Shown here piece after piece: positions 9,452-20,452 of a stretch of DNA of 64,000 nucleotides (within the stretch, counting starts at the first letter, position 1; the number at the start of each line of letters is the position of its first letter). The notes beneath the pieces are model-generated. The model made no database searches and was not told the DNA's origin. It saw only the letters and a program-made list of their open reading frames with translations. The translations under genes were made by a program, and so were the position numbers. Source of the DNA: Bacteroidia bacterium (lineage in GTDB: Bacteria > Bacteroidota > Bacteroidia > M30B66); NCBI GenBank assembly GCA_965279035.1, contig OZ257142.1:3456001-3520000 (forward strand). Reading direction: 5' to 3'.

Positions 9452-9582
9452 CCATAACGGTCCGGCGATTTGCGAATGCGCGGAACAGTTTACCCAAATG
9501 TATCAAAACAAACGAAATGTTTCAATCAGAAAAATGACTTATAGAACGAAAATGCCCGCGTATCGCAGATTGCCTGTTATTT
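9452..9582 (-). repeat. attC-like site, family C
   Basis: TAAC-GGTCC-GGCGATTTGCGA...TCGCAGATTGCC-T-GTTA; near-identical to 47922. Confidence 0.9.
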
Positions 9583-9960
9583 GATGCGCGCCAAGTCCGA
9601 TTCAGTTCTAGCAAAGTTTCCAAGCAAAAAAAGCGACTTGAATACACATTCTGAAATAAGGCCAAAAACCATTCTGCAAATATTCTGTGTTTGTCGCCAT
9701 CAATTCTCTAGTTGATTTCATCAATCCATTAATTTGATTTTATCAGCAGTTCATTCCAGGCATATGGCGACAAACTTTTCAAAAACCTCTCAAATGGTTT
9801 TTGCCTATCCCTCAAATGCCGAGCTTTTTTTATCAAAAACGATTAGACATTCGTTTATTACTTTATTGTTTCCTGATAGCCGAAACTTCCTTTCGCCTTT
9901 AATGAATTATCTGACCACAATGCGAATGGCGAGTTTGGAAAATTTCGCGTTTCAAATAAC
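9576..9960. repeat. Non-coding cassette family X, copy 1
   Basis: 385 bp, four copies in window, ends GTTATTTGATGCGCG...CGCGTTTCAAATAAC. Confidence 0.9.
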
Positions 9961-10085
9961 GTTCCGCACACACCTGAAGAGCCAAACGACGTGAACGGAT
10001 AGCTTTAGATTAGACGAATATAACAAGAAAAACGAATGCCTCAAACTCCCGAAATGCTTGGCTTTGCTGGTGTGTGCTGTTAGCG
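9954..10085 (-). repeat. attC-like site A, intact
   Basis: Family A sequence. Confidence 0.9.
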
Positions 10086-10131
10086 GATCGCCCGGCACTC
10101 ACATTTTCGCAGTTGTGAAGTCGAACTGAAC

Positions 10132-10578
10132 TTATTTAACTTTTGATAAGCTTACAATCAAGGAATCTGGAATTTTCAAATCGTTAACCTTCCTAATGTA
10201 TCTCATACTGTCTTTAGTCGAAAAATACTCATCACCGGCGTCTCCTCCTTTTTTCATTAAGATCCATTCATGTCGCCTTCCTTTTTGGTGCTTAATAATA
10301 AAAAATTGTTTATTAAAAGAATATTCGAACGGATTGCTTGCGATTTTTATATAGTCAGTATCTGTTTTTAATTCATAGTTCTGAATAAAATCTTTTCTTA
10401 ACCAGATTCCGCAATCATTGTTATTGCAGCCTAAATAATATTCATTCCAAATTTGTTTCTGAACTCTAATGTTTATTGCACTCGTGCCGCATCCTGAAAG
10501 AAGGAACAATAGGCCAGTTCCAGTCAGACCTTTCTTAACAAATTTTAGATATTTATGAGAGATGTTTAGCTTCTTCAA
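10132..10578 (-). CDS. Hypothetical lipoprotein
   Basis: LLSGC lipobox; fills the cassette. Confidence 0.6.
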   Translation of the reverse strand: MKKLNISHKYLKFVKKGLTGTGLLFLLSGCGTSAINIRVQKQIWNEYYLGCNNNDCGIWLRKDFIQNYELKTDTDYIKIASNPFEYSFNKQFFIIKHQKGRRHEWILMKKGGDAGDEYFSTKDSMRYIRKVNDLKIPDSLIVSLSKVK

Positions 10579-10663
10579 AAGTATTTAATTACAGGTGACT
10601 TATTGATACTGATTTTCAAATGTTCAAAGTGACGTGATTGCTTTATGTAGGGTGTCCGCTAAC

Positions 10664-11928
10664 CTTTAGACTTGCAGTCAAAGATTTTAGCTGATAAATT
10701 TACCATAAATAAATGTAGTTAACCGAAAGCAGGGCGACCTATGCGCTAACAAGGATAATAGGCCTATGGAACGATATAGTGCCCTACTTTCTGGTTATTT
10801 AAGCCTCAGATAGATATTCGGGATTCAGGCCCATTATAAAGGTTTTGAGGTACAAATAACCATTGGTTAATCCGTTTTGCTAATTATAAAATTATGAATT
10901 CAAACCAGAACAACCAAAAACATTTTGTAGGAACAGATGTTTCAAAAGAAACACTTGATGTAACGATCTTTTTCAACTCCTCAATGCATTTTCATCAGCA
11001 ATTTTCAAATGACAGCAAGGGCTTTAAGCAATTGCTGAAATGGCTAGAAACCTATCCTGAATTCAGTTTTGAAAATACTTTATTCTGCATGGAACATACA
11101 GGAATTTACACTCGTCAGTTTGTTGAATTCCTCCTTTCGAAAGAAGCAAAGGTATGGATGGAGTCGGCACTGCATTTAAAGCGTTCTATGGGCATGACAA
11201 GGGGCAAAAGTGATAAGATCGATTCACTGCGAATTGCACGCTATGCAATGACTCATCAGGACCAAGCCAGGCTCGTAAATCTTTCCAATAAAACATTGTT
11301 GCTTATCAAAGACCTTATGAGTGCAAGAGAGCGGAGTAAAAAGGCCTACCAGTCCATAAAAGTCTCCATTGATGAAATGCAAAGAGTCGATGCAGCAACA
11401 GCAAAAGAGCTCTTGAGGATTAATAAACCAGCCCTTTCTGGATTATTGAAAAGCAAGATGGCGTTGGAAAAACGGATGATGGAATTAATAGCGATGGATC
11501 CTGAACTGAACGAGCTATTTGAGCTGGTTACTTCTGTCAAAGGTGTGGGTAATGTATTGGCAACCGAACTGATTGTTTATACACATGCATTTAAAAGAAT
11601 GGATGAAGCCAAACAACTGGCCTGCTATTGCGGAGTCGCTCCTTTTTCTCATACTTCCGGCACGAGTGTGCATGGAAGAAATGGAACTTCAAACTTTGCT
11701 AACATGGGACTTAAATCAACTTTACACTTGGCTGCACTTTCTTCAATTCGTTACGTACCTGAGCTTAAAACATATTATCAGAGGAAAGTAGCTGAGGGAA
11801 AATCCAAAATGAGCGTAATTAATGCCGTGCGGAATAAACTGTTGCAACGTGTCTTAGCAGTGGTAAAAAGAGGAACGCCTTACCAAGAAAATTATCAAGT
11901 AAATTAATTTGGAAAACTCATAGATATC
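10664..11928 (+). mobile_element. IS110 copy 3
   Basis: Same ends, length and target. Confidence 0.95.
10894..11907 (+). CDS. IS110 recombinase
   Basis: Identical protein. Confidence 0.95.
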   Translation: MNSNQNNQKHFVGTDVSKETLDVTIFFNSSMHFHQQFSNDSKGFKQLLKWLETYPEFSFENTLFCMEHTGIYTRQFVEFLLSKEAKVWMESALHLKRSMGMTRGKSDKIDSLRIARYAMTHQDQARLVNLSNKTLLLIKDLMSARERSKKAYQSIKVSIDEMQRVDAATAKELLRINKPALSGLLKSKMALEKRMMELIAMDPELNELFELVTSVKGVGNVLATELIVYTHAFKRMDEAKQLACYCGVAPFSHTSGTSVHGRNGTSNFANMGLKSTLHLAALSSIRYVPELKTYYQRKVAEGKSKMSVINAVRNKLLQRVLAVVKRGTPYQENYQVN

Positions 11929-12053
11929 GTTCCGCACACACCTGAAGAGCCAAACGAGGTGAACGAAATGCTTTAGATTAGACGAATATAACAAGAAAAA
12001 CGAATGCCTCAAACTCCGGAAATGCTTGGCTTTGCTGGTGTGTGCTGTTATAG
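11929..12053 (-). repeat. attC-like site A, IS110-disrupted
   Basis: Family A sequence. Confidence 0.9.
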
Positions 12054-12089
12054 GCTGCCATATTTTCAACCTAAATATCACAAGTTATT

Positions 12090-12698
12090 TTACTTTCTCT
12101 TGAAACTACAAAACAAGAAATTCTGTTTCGTATTAAATGGAGTTATATGATCTTCAGTAACACATTTTATTTTATCAAAACCAATTTCAAGCTGCTGTTG
12201 CAATTCTTCTTCGGTGTATTGGTGAACATCAAGCATTGAACATTTCGTAGGTCCGTGGTCACTAAAAGTTCCAATTGCCATAAAACCTTTTACAGCTTGT
12301 TGTGCAATTGTCAGATATGAATTTATATCTGTTGTGCTAGTTAGAAAATGAAAAGTTGCTCTGTCGTGCCAGCAATCGTAAGTTGTTGAAGGATGAAACT
12401 CTGTTACATCACTTACAATCCAATTTACTTTGGTTCCTTTGTCGCCTAAGCGTTGCTTTGCTCTTTCGATTGCATTCTCTGATATGTCAAGTACAGAAAT
12501 ATTTTCAAAACCTTCGTCAAGTAAATAGTCAACAAGCTTGCTGTCGCCACCACCAACATCAATGATACTTGCATTCTTAGGTAAATTAAAACTATGAATG
12601 AAATCCAAAGATGTTTTTGGTAATTCTTGCGTCCAGCTTACTTCATTAGGTTGCTTTGTTGCGTATACTTTTTCCCAATGCTCTTTTCTTGTTGTCAT
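12090..12698 (-). CDS. Class I SAM-dependent methyltransferase
   Basis: IIDVGGGDS, VLDIS, WHDRATFHFL. Confidence 0.9.
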   Translation of the reverse strand: MTTRKEHWEKVYATKQPNEVSWTQELPKTSLDFIHSFNLPKNASIIDVGGGDSKLVDYLLDEGFENISVLDISENAIERAKQRLGDKGTKVNWIVSDVTEFHPSTTYDCWHDRATFHFLTSTTDINSYLTIAQQAVKGFMAIGTFSDHGPTKCSMLDVHQYTEEELQQQLEIGFDKIKCVTEDHITPFNTKQNFLFCSFKRK

Positions 12699-12703
12699 AA
12701 ATT

Positions 12704-13267
12704 TTATTGTTTTGGCAATTTATAATCAATACCAAAGAATTTTGCATATTCTTCAATTGATTGTAATCCTGCTTTTGTTCTCCTCAAATTTACATTTTTC
12801 TCATCTTCAATTGGATAAAATTCTTGACCACCAGTTTCATTAAAAACGATTTGTGACCCATAAATTTGTTTTTTCCCTTGTCGCATTAATATTCTATCAT
12901 GCATTAGCGCTTCATCAGATGCTGAAGATTCACCTTTTCTAACAGATTCTTGAAGTAAAGGAAAGTAGAATTCTTGCGTTATTAAATCTGCATGTTGAAT
13001 AACAAGAAACAAAACCTGATTATGATTACCAACTACATTTCTACCTAACCAACCATGCTTTGCAATTAAAGATTTAATCAGAACTAAGTTACAACTATCA
13101 ATGTAATCAATGAATTCAACAGAATCTAAACCTTTTCGTGTCTTTTGATCTCGTTCATATATAAACTTCAATTCAGCTTTAATTGCTGTAGTATCAATAT
13201 TTGATTGTGCGAAAGCTAATTCACAACAAATGAAATTTAATAGAATAATGAAAATGTTCTTAGTCAT
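12704..13267 (-). CDS. Secreted DUF6624-like protein
   Basis: DQ..R, HGW.G, LVIQHAD, DR...G..Q.YGSQ, VN.RR...GL motifs. Confidence 0.75.
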   Translation of the reverse strand: MTKNIFIILLNFICCELAFAQSNIDTTAIKAELKFIYERDQKTRKGLDSVEFIDYIDSCNLVLIKSLIAKHGWLGRNVVGNHNQVLFLVIQHADLITQEFYFPLLQESVRKGESSASDEALMHDRILMRQGKKQIYGSQIVFNETGGQEFYPIEDEKNVNLRRTKAGLQSIEEYAKFFGIDYKLPKQ

Positions 13268-13301
13268 AATGAAGTCAATAGTAATTGTATTTTATGGTTG
13301 C

Positions 13302-13433
13302 CTATAACGTTTTCGGGCTTGGCGAAGGTGGCGATTTTCACCACAAATGTTAATGCGGAGAACCAAACTTTGATTAACCACAAATGTGTCTACGGTGCAC
13401 TGAACCGCCACTTTTGCCAAACCCGTGTTAGCG
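13302..13433 (-). repeat. attC-like site, family D
   Basis: CGGGCTTGGCGAAGGTGGCG...CGCCACTTTTGCCAAACCCG-T-GTTA. Confidence 0.9.
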
Positions 13434-13442
13434 GTTCGTTGT

Positions 13443-14834
13443 TTAATATACCTGATATCTGCACCATTTAATAATTTCTGGATACAGGTCAGCTATGGTC
13501 GCTCCACTAATTCTGTTTTTATAGAGCCTTATGAGTTCTTTGTTAAATTCAGGAAACCTTGAAAACCCGCGGTTGTATTTCATATTTTTTTCTATTTTAT
13601 TGATTAAAGTTTCTTGTTCGTCTATTGGTGCATAGTCCAGATAATATAGCGACACCAAAGCCCAATTCATATATTCTTCAAAACATGATAAGGCCTTTGG
13701 ATAGCCCATAACTGCTGCTGAATTTTCAGCTTCCCAATTTTTTAAGTCCTTAAACGCTGTAATGAAATTTTCATCCATTGAATATTTTTCTGCTTCTGGA
13801 TTAATATACGAATGGTTTAATTCGGTAAAAGCAATGCTTCCGTTTCTTAACTGATTTGACTTTGCGGAATAATTCTTATCAGATTTGTCTGAATACGGGA
13901 AATTAATATGCACCTGAGCTTCTTTAAATCCATTATTGTCAAATTTATTTGCAGATTGACTTCCGCCTACAAGTGGTGAGAAAATTACTTTGTAACAATT
14001 ATATGAAGTAGAAGGGAAATTTTTATTTAACCATTGTTGCATTTCCGAAATATTTATGCTGTCTTTAAAATACATGATTTGTGAATTATACAATGGTATG
14101 TGATTTTTATAGAATTTTGAAAAATTGGTTTTCATATAGAAATTTTCTAATTCTGCAGTAAACGGTAAAATTGTATTTGTATATTCCCAATTTACCCTAT
14201 TATATACACCATTATTGATTATTTTCCCTTTGTTAGTTACAAACGCATAGGCATCCATTTTAAGATAAAAATATTTCCACCATTCTTTTTGCAAAACTGC
14301 ATTAAAAGACAAAACTACTTTCTCGTTTTTAAACTTTTCGAAATATTTAATCACATCCTTATAATATTCTGTTTCATGATTGACCAAATCACTGTCATTT
14401 AAACCTTTATTTGTAAGCGCTATTATCACATTGACTAATTCGTAAACTTCTGGAGCTTCAATAACGGTTTTATTATCATAAAGTTTTTTATATTCATTTG
14501 AAAAGGTTGCCGGTTCTGGATGCCCTGCAATTCTTGTTATGGCGCTGTCTTTTCCTAGAAGTACAACAAAATCATAATTTCTATTCGATTCGACATTAAA
14601 GGCTATAGAATCCTTGTCGGTAATAAATACCACTTTTGTCAATTTGGATTTAGGTACTACTACATCCCAAACATCTGGGCGAACCTCTGGTGAAATAGTC
14701 CATTCGGATGTGCCATTGTTCCCATTTCGAATGTATGCAAGCGTTTTAGATGCCTTTATAATTGGGACCTTTGTCTGCGCATAAGAAACGAAAAAAAAGG
14801 TCAAACTTAGAATGGTAAATAATACTCTTTTCAT
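13443..14834 (-). CDS. Secreted DUF4932-like protein
   Basis: Signal peptide; PEVYELVN, FTELNHSYIN, FEEYMNWA motifs. Confidence 0.7.
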   Translation of the reverse strand: MKRVLFTILSLTFFFVSYAQTKVPIIKASKTLAYIRNGNNGTSEWTISPEVRPDVWDVVVPKSKLTKVVFITDKDSIAFNVESNRNYDFVVLLGKDSAITRIAGHPEPATFSNEYKKLYDNKTVIEAPEVYELVNVIIALTNKGLNDSDLVNHETEYYKDVIKYFEKFKNEKVVLSFNAVLQKEWWKYFYLKMDAYAFVTNKGKIINNGVYNRVNWEYTNTILPFTAELENFYMKTNFSKFYKNHIPLYNSQIMYFKDSINISEMQQWLNKNFPSTSYNCYKVIFSPLVGGSQSANKFDNNGFKEAQVHINFPYSDKSDKNYSAKSNQLRNGSIAFTELNHSYINPEAEKYSMDENFITAFKDLKNWEAENSAAVMGYPKALSCFEEYMNWALVSLYYLDYAPIDEQETLINKIEKNMKYNRGFSRFPEFNKELIRLYKNRISGATIADLYPEIIKWCRYQVY

Positions 14835-14889
14835 AATATTCTTGTTGTTTTATCTATTTGATGGTCGTGGTGCCAGTCTTTACAATGAC

Positions 14890-15022
14890 CGCTAACGCTC
14901 CGCGTGCAACTCGAGGTTTGGGAATTGGTGAACTGAATGCTTTAGATTAGACGAATATAGCAAGAAAATTGAAATGTTTTAACCAAGCAAAATGCCCAAA
15001 TCTTGAGTGCACGCTGTTATTT
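14890..15022 (-). repeat. attC-like site, family B
   Basis: TAAC-GCTCC-GCGTGCAACTCGAGGTTTGGG...CCCAAATCTTGAGTGCACGC-T-GTTA. Confidence 0.9.
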
Positions 15023-15400
15023 GATGCGCGCCAAGTCCGATTCAGTTCCAGCAAACTTTCCAAGCAAAAAAAGCGACTTGAATACACATTCTGAAATAAG
15101 GCCAAAAACCATTCATCAAATTATCAATGTTTGTCGCCATCAATTCTCAAGTTGATTTCATCAATCCATTAACTTGATTTCATCTACAGTTCATTCCAGG
15201 CATATGGCGACAAACTTTTCAAAAACCTCTCAAATGGTTTTTGCCTTTCCCTCAAATGCCGAGCTTTTTTTATCAAAAACGATTAGACATTCGTTTATTA
15301 CTTTATTCTTTCCTGATAGCCGAAACTTCCTTTCGCCTTTAATGAATTATCTGACAATAATGCGAATGGCGTGTTTGGAAAATTTCGCGTTTCAAATAAC
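15016..15400. repeat. Non-coding cassette X, copy 2
   Basis: Highly similar to 9576-9960. Confidence 0.9.
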
Positions 15401-15525
15401 GTTCCGCACACACCTGAAGAGCCAAACGAGGTAAACGAAATGCTTTAGATTAGACGAATATAACAAGAAAAACGGATGCCTCAAACTCCCGAAATGCTTG
15501 GCTTTGCTGGTGTGTGCTGTTAGCC
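15394..15525 (-). repeat. attC-like site A, intact
   Basis: Family A sequence. Confidence 0.9.
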
Positions 15526-15602
15526 ACTGGCACATGTTAAACTACAGAATAACTTATTTAAATGGAAATTATATATAAGATTTAAATTTATTTCAATCAA
15601 GT

Positions 15603-16952
15603 TTATCTAATCAAATGCACTACTCCTTTTTTCGATTTATTAATTCCCACTGATGATTCATAATTAACAATCCAAAAGTAAGTTCCATCTGGACATTGTT
15701 TATCAACATGATTTCCATTCCAACCTTGATTTGGAATGCTTGTTTGAAATAATTGTATGCCCCAACGATTATAAATTGTTAAAGAAAAGTTTTTCACTTG
15801 TTGAATTTTGATTGGTAAAAACTCTTCATTGATTCCATCGCTATTGGGTGTGAATACATTGGGCATTTCTAATAATGTTGTACAATTGGTGTCTACTTGT
15901 ATTGTGTCACTTCTAACAGCGCAAGCGTTTGAAAGTGTAACAAAATAGGTACCTGGTTGTGTTATCAGAAAAGTTGGATTTGTTGAGCCATCTTGCCAAT
16001 AAATGTTGGTCGCATTTGTTTTTTGCGCTTCAAGTAGAATCGGTTGGTCAAAACATATTGATGTGTTTGATGGAAAAACTTGTTTCAAAGGTAGATCTAC
16101 ATTGATGGGGAATTCTATAGTATCGCCATCGGTGAACAACAAGTAGGTTGTGTTAAATTCAGGAGAAACAGTGAGCGTTTTTTGATTTGAAATACTCACA
16201 TTGGGATCATCTGCTTCTACCCATTTAAAAATGCTATCGCGACTAAAATGTTCAAGTGTTATACTTTGCCCACGGCAAATGCTGTAATCCATTTGAACAA
16301 GCTCAATTTTATCAATAAAATAATATGCTTCAGAGTTTAATGTTGGATTGTTTAAAAGGGTGTGTAAATCATCGTGGAAATTGCCAAAAGTAACATAGTG
16401 AAAAGTGTCTTGTGCAGTAAATACAAAAGATAGTAATGTCCAATCATTATAAGATTCTAACATTTCAGTGTATTCAATTTGAGGCTCCAATAAAATTACA
16501 TCATGTCCACCATTACCTGGTGGTTGGTTTAATGGTAATATGCTAAAATTCGCACCAATGTTGTTGGTAGTAATATGGAAGGCTAAAGAGTTTAATTTTT
16601 TTCCATTTGTAATATAAAACTGAAGTCTATATTTTTCACCTTTCGCTAGTGGTTCAATTAATTGAATACCAAGGTATTCTCGTTTATTATTTGTGTTTGA
16701 AGCTTTATAATATGTAAAAAAGCCAGCCTGACCAAGTCCTGAATATGGTTGAAGTCTATGACCTATATTAAAACCTGATTCATGGTTGTAATCTGGAGAA
16801 CCACTCGTTCGAATCCAACCTGTAGCAAGCTCTATTTCACTCCATTGGGTTGGTAATGAAGTGTATTCTTCAAAATCTCCATTGGGAATTAAATTTTGTG
16901 ATTGGGCAGGTATAACTAGCCACAGCATAAGTATGATGGATATATATTTCAT
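15603..16952 (-). CDS. T9SS type-B CTD (gliding motility-associated C-terminal domain) protein
   Basis: QNLIPNGDFE N-terminus; PNVFTPNSDGINEEF...IYNRWG...W.G...GTYF C-terminus. Confidence 0.9.
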   Translation of the reverse strand: MKYISIILMLWLVIPAQSQNLIPNGDFEEYTSLPTQWSEIELATGWIRTSGSPDYNHESGFNIGHRLQPYSGLGQAGFFTYYKASNTNNKREYLGIQLIEPLAKGEKYRLQFYITNGKKLNSLAFHITTNNIGANFSILPLNQPPGNGGHDVILLEPQIEYTEMLESYNDWTLLSFVFTAQDTFHYVTFGNFHDDLHTLLNNPTLNSEAYYFIDKIELVQMDYSICRGQSITLEHFSRDSIFKWVEADDPNVSISNQKTLTVSPEFNTTYLLFTDGDTIEFPINVDLPLKQVFPSNTSICFDQPILLEAQKTNATNIYWQDGSTNPTFLITQPGTYFVTLSNACAVRSDTIQVDTNCTTLLEMPNVFTPNSDGINEEFLPIKIQQVKNFSLTIYNRWGIQLFQTSIPNQGWNGNHVDKQCPDGTYFWIVNYESSVGINKSKKGVVHLIR

Positions 16953-17170
16953 AATACGACATAAAATTCATGAAACTTTGTCTTTTCTCGAGGAATGGAA
17001 ACGTTATTTGGTTGATTAAATTGCTCATGCATGGTTTAATTATTTTTACGGTCATATCTTGCAAAGTATAGTTCCTTGAGTTGATAATATTTCCAAAAGA
17101 AGAGATATCTAATACTCCGAATGTTCTCTGCTTGTTTCTATTTGAGTCAACAGTTGTTCTTGTGGCTAAC

Positions 17171-18435
17171 CTTTAGACTTGCAGTCAAAGATTTTAGCTG
17201 ATAAATTTACCATAAATAAATGTAGTTAACCGAAAGCAGGGCGACCTATGCGCTAACAAGGATAATAGGCCTATGGAACGATATAGTGCCCTACTTTCTG
17301 GTTATTTAAGCCTCAGATAGATATTCGGGATTCAGGCCCATTATAAAGGTTTTGAGGTACAAATAACCATTGGTTAATCCGTTTTGCTAATTATAAAATT
17401 ATGAATTCAAACCAGAACAACCAAAAACATTTTGTAGGAACAGATGTTTCAAAAGAAACACTTGATGTAACGATCTTTTTCAACTCCTCAATGCATTTTC
17501 ATCAGCAATTTTCAAATGACAGCAAGGGCTTTAAGCAATTGCTGAAATGGCTAGAAACCTATCCTGAATTCAGTTTTGAAAATACTTTATTCTGCATGGA
17601 ACATACAGGAATTTACACTCGTCAGTTTGTTGAATTCCTCCTTTCGAAAGAAGCAAAGGTATGGATGGAGTCGGCACTGCATTTAAAGCGTTCTATGGGC
17701 ATGACAAGGGGCAAAAGTGATAAGATCGATTCACTGCGAATTGCACGCTATGCAATGACTCATCAGGACCAAGCCAGGCTCGTAAATCTTTCCAATAAAA
17801 CATTGTTGCTTATCAAAGACCTTATGAGTGCAAGAGAGCGGAGTAAAAAGGCCTACCAGTCCATAAAAGTCTCCATTGATGAAATGCAAAGAGTCGATGC
17901 AGCAACAGCAAAAGAGCTCTTGAGGATTAATAAACCAGCCCTTTCTGGATTATTGAAAAGCAAGATGGCGTTGGAAAAACGGATGATGGAATTAATAGCG
18001 ATGGATCCTGAACTGAACGAGCTATTTGAGCTGGTTACTTCTGTCAAAGGTGTGGGTAATGTATTGGCAACCGAACTGATTGTTTATACACATGCATTTA
18101 AAAGAATGGATGAAGCCAAACAACTGGCCTGCTATTGCGGAGTCGCTCCTTTTTCTCATACTTCCGGCACGAGTGTGCATGGAAGAAATGGAACTTCAAA
18201 CTTTGCTAACATGGGACTTAAATCAACTTTACACTTGGCTGCACTTTCTTCAATTCGTTACGTACCTGAGCTTAAAACATATTATCAGAGGAAAGTAGCT
18301 GAGGGAAAATCCAAAATGAGCGTAATTAATGCCGTGCGGAATAAACTGTTGCAACGTGTCTTAGCAGTGGTAAAAAGAGGAACGCCTTACCAAGAAAATT
18401 ATCAAGTAAATTAATTTGGAAAACTCATAGATATC
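17171..18435 (+). mobile_element. IS110 copy 4
   Basis: Same ends, length and target. Confidence 0.95.
17401..18414 (+). CDS. IS110 recombinase
   Basis: Identical protein. Confidence 0.95.
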   Translation: MNSNQNNQKHFVGTDVSKETLDVTIFFNSSMHFHQQFSNDSKGFKQLLKWLETYPEFSFENTLFCMEHTGIYTRQFVEFLLSKEAKVWMESALHLKRSMGMTRGKSDKIDSLRIARYAMTHQDQARLVNLSNKTLLLIKDLMSARERSKKAYQSIKVSIDEMQRVDAATAKELLRINKPALSGLLKSKMALEKRMMELIAMDPELNELFELVTSVKGVGNVLATELIVYTHAFKRMDEAKQLACYCGVAPFSHTSGTSVHGRNGTSNFANMGLKSTLHLAALSSIRYVPELKTYYQRKVAEGKSKMSVINAVRNKLLQRVLAVVKRGTPYQENYQVN

Positions 18436-18560
18436 GTTTCGCACACACCTGAAGAGCCAAATGAGTTGAACGAAATGCTTTAGATTAGACGAATATAACA
18501 AGAAAAACGAATGCCTCAAACTCCCGAAATGCTTGGCTTTGCTGGTGTGTGCTGTTATAG
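18436..18560 (-). repeat. attC-like site A, IS110-disrupted
   Basis: Family A sequence (GTTTCG variant). Confidence 0.9.
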
Positions 18561-18572
18561 GCTGGCATTCTA

Positions 18573-19280
18573 TCAATTGTCTATTGGTTTGTCAAGTTTT
18601 CTGAAATTCCAATTCTTTTTAATTGTCTTTCCTGTCGCAAATTCATTTAGCCATACATCTTTAAATTTTGGGTTTAAATAGGTGTTGTCGGGCAAATAAG
18701 TTAGAATATGCTGTGAGGACAAATAGAACTGAATAAAGTTTCCAATATCTGGCCTATAGAAATTACCTAATATACCTATGCTGTCTTTTAAATCGCATAG
18801 ATATTTGAATTTTTCAAACGGATCGTTTGTCGCAAACAATTCATTTAAGGGAATATTTTGAACAATGATTTGGCTTTGTCCGTAATTATCAACAGTCGAG
18901 ATGCGGACAGATTCATTTTTAAATTTAGTAAAGTCAACTTCGTAAAATTTTGAAGTATCAATTTGTATGTTGCAAGGAAAGTCTTTTTTGAAGTTCTCGA
19001 AACGACTTATTGAAAGTTTGATACTGTCAATGTTGTTAAAATAAAAACAACTGTAACTATAAAAACCGCTGTCTGGGTTGTCCGAGTGTTTGGTAAAAAT
19101 ATCTGCTTCACCACGATGTCCAAAACCCCATTCATAAAATGTCTTAATATTAATTCTATCAAGTTTATCGGTAATATTCAGAGCTTTATCTTTAATATTA
19201 TTATCCGAAAATTTAGAGTTCGAACAAGCAAATAATGCAGTCAGAATAATAAAGGTCAATATTGTCGTGTAATGTTTCAT
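18573..19280 (-). CDS. Hypothetical lipoprotein
   Basis: LFAC lipobox; fills the cassette. Confidence 0.7.
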   Translation of the reverse strand: MKHYTTILTFIILTALFACSNSKFSDNNIKDKALNITDKLDRINIKTFYEWGFGHRGEADIFTKHSDNPDSGFYSYSCFYFNNIDSIKLSISRFENFKKDFPCNIQIDTSKFYEVDFTKFKNESVRISTVDNYGQSQIIVQNIPLNELFATNDPFEKFKYLCDLKDSIGILGNFYRPDIGNFIQFYLSSQHILTYLPDNTYLNPKFKDVWLNEFATGKTIKKNWNFRKLDKPIDN

Positions 19281-19289
19281 TATGCTTGC

Positions 19290-19420
19290 CTATAACGCTC
19301 CGCAGCTATCGGCTGAACCGGAGAACGGAACGTGATGCTTTAGATTATACGAATGTAATATAGAATTACCAATGTATCAACTTACCCAAATGCCGGTTTT
19401 GCCGATAGCTGCTGTTATAC
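19290..19420 (-). repeat. attC-like site, unique variant
   Basis: TAAC-GCTCC-GCAGCTATCGGC...GCCGATAGCTGC-T-GTTA. Confidence 0.9.
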
Positions 19421-19519
19421 GCTGCCAAGATTTTCGCTCGGAGTTTGTCAGCCCAGAATTCGTATAAAGGATGTTCAAAGTGATTTACATTCATTGATAT
19501 GTCGGTCTGGGTTTGCATT

Positions 19520-19972
19520 TTACTTTTTGAATGCGTCTTTGATTTTAGATGAATGTGCTTTTAATCCTTGGCCTACAATTGAATTTGTTCCAAGCGAAAG
19601 GTCAATTTTCTTTTGGTCATTGTCAAGCCAAAGAATAAGTTTTCCATTTGAGAAATAATATTGGTTACTAACCACACCTTTTTTGTTTTTGTCATAATTG
19701 TAGTCAATAGCAAAGTATAATTGTCCGTTGCTGAAGTAGTAGTCCACACCGTTTTTCTCTGCTTCACCAAACACAATTAATTTAATCTGATTGCCCTCAT
19801 AATATGCGGTTGCTGGGTCCTTAATCTTGGCTGTATTGTAGGACTTAAGATTGTCCTGAATGAAATGATATTGTTTCTTGATATTATTAATAATTGAATC
19901 AGTTGCAGGTTCTGTCTGTCCGAAACAACCAAACGAAAAAGTTAGAAATATTGTAACCAAAATATTTTTCAT
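19520..19972 (-). CDS. Secreted hypothetical protein
   Basis: Signal peptide; repeated YYFSNG.L motif. Confidence 0.7.
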   Translation of the reverse strand: MKNILVTIFLTFSFGCFGQTEPATDSIINNIKKQYHFIQDNLKSYNTAKIKDPATAYYEGNQIKLIVFGEAEKNGVDYYFSNGQLYFAIDYNYDKNKKGVVSNQYYFSNGKLILWLDNDQKKIDLSLGTNSIVGQGLKAHSSKIKDAFKK

Positions 19973-20008
19973 TGCTTGATTTGTTTTTTATTTTCTGATT
20001 TCACAAAT

Positions 20009-20386
20009 CTAAGTTCTAGTGGCAGCATTTCCATTTATGTCAAAGAAATAATTTTCGCCTGTTGGAACTCCGTCTTTGTAAAAAACGATTTCTTTTATTA
20101 CACCATTCTCAAAATATTCAATATTTTTTCCCTGATATTTCTCGTCCACAATTTCACCTCGTTTGTCGTAACCCAAGTAATAATAAAACCCTTCTGCTCG
20201 TTTTGTTCCGTCCTTAAACAAGTATTGGTAAGGTTTTCCTTCTCCGTCAAAATATTCTTCCGTTACAGTTTCTAATTCCTTGTTGTGTTTGTCTATCTGC
20301 TCAATTAGCCGCTTTGCCTCTGCACTGTTTTTAAACTCATCAGAGTTGGTGTTTTTGTTTCGTTTTAAAAAGTCAAAGAGTCCCAT
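20009..20386 (-). CDS. Hypothetical protein with MORN-like repeats
   Basis: MGLFDFLK start; YFENGVIKE...YKDG...G...FFDING. Confidence 0.65.
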   Translation of the reverse strand: MGLFDFLKRNKNTNSDEFKNSAEAKRLIEQIDKHNKELETVTEEYFDGEGKPYQYLFKDGTKRAEGFYYYLGYDKRGEIVDEKYQGKNIEYFENGVIKEIVFYKDGVPTGENYFFDINGNAATRT

Positions 20387-20452
20387 GGTTGTAATTTTAA
20401 GTATTTGTCAAAGTTAATTTCTTGCTGAATGTTTCAAATTAGCCCAGTTGCT

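Noticed and set aside
9734-9994. 86-aa ORF repeated at 9734, 15174 and 48204
   Set aside because: TTG start, antisense to the array, runs across the cassette boundary into the att site, and the frame is not preserved in the fourth copy
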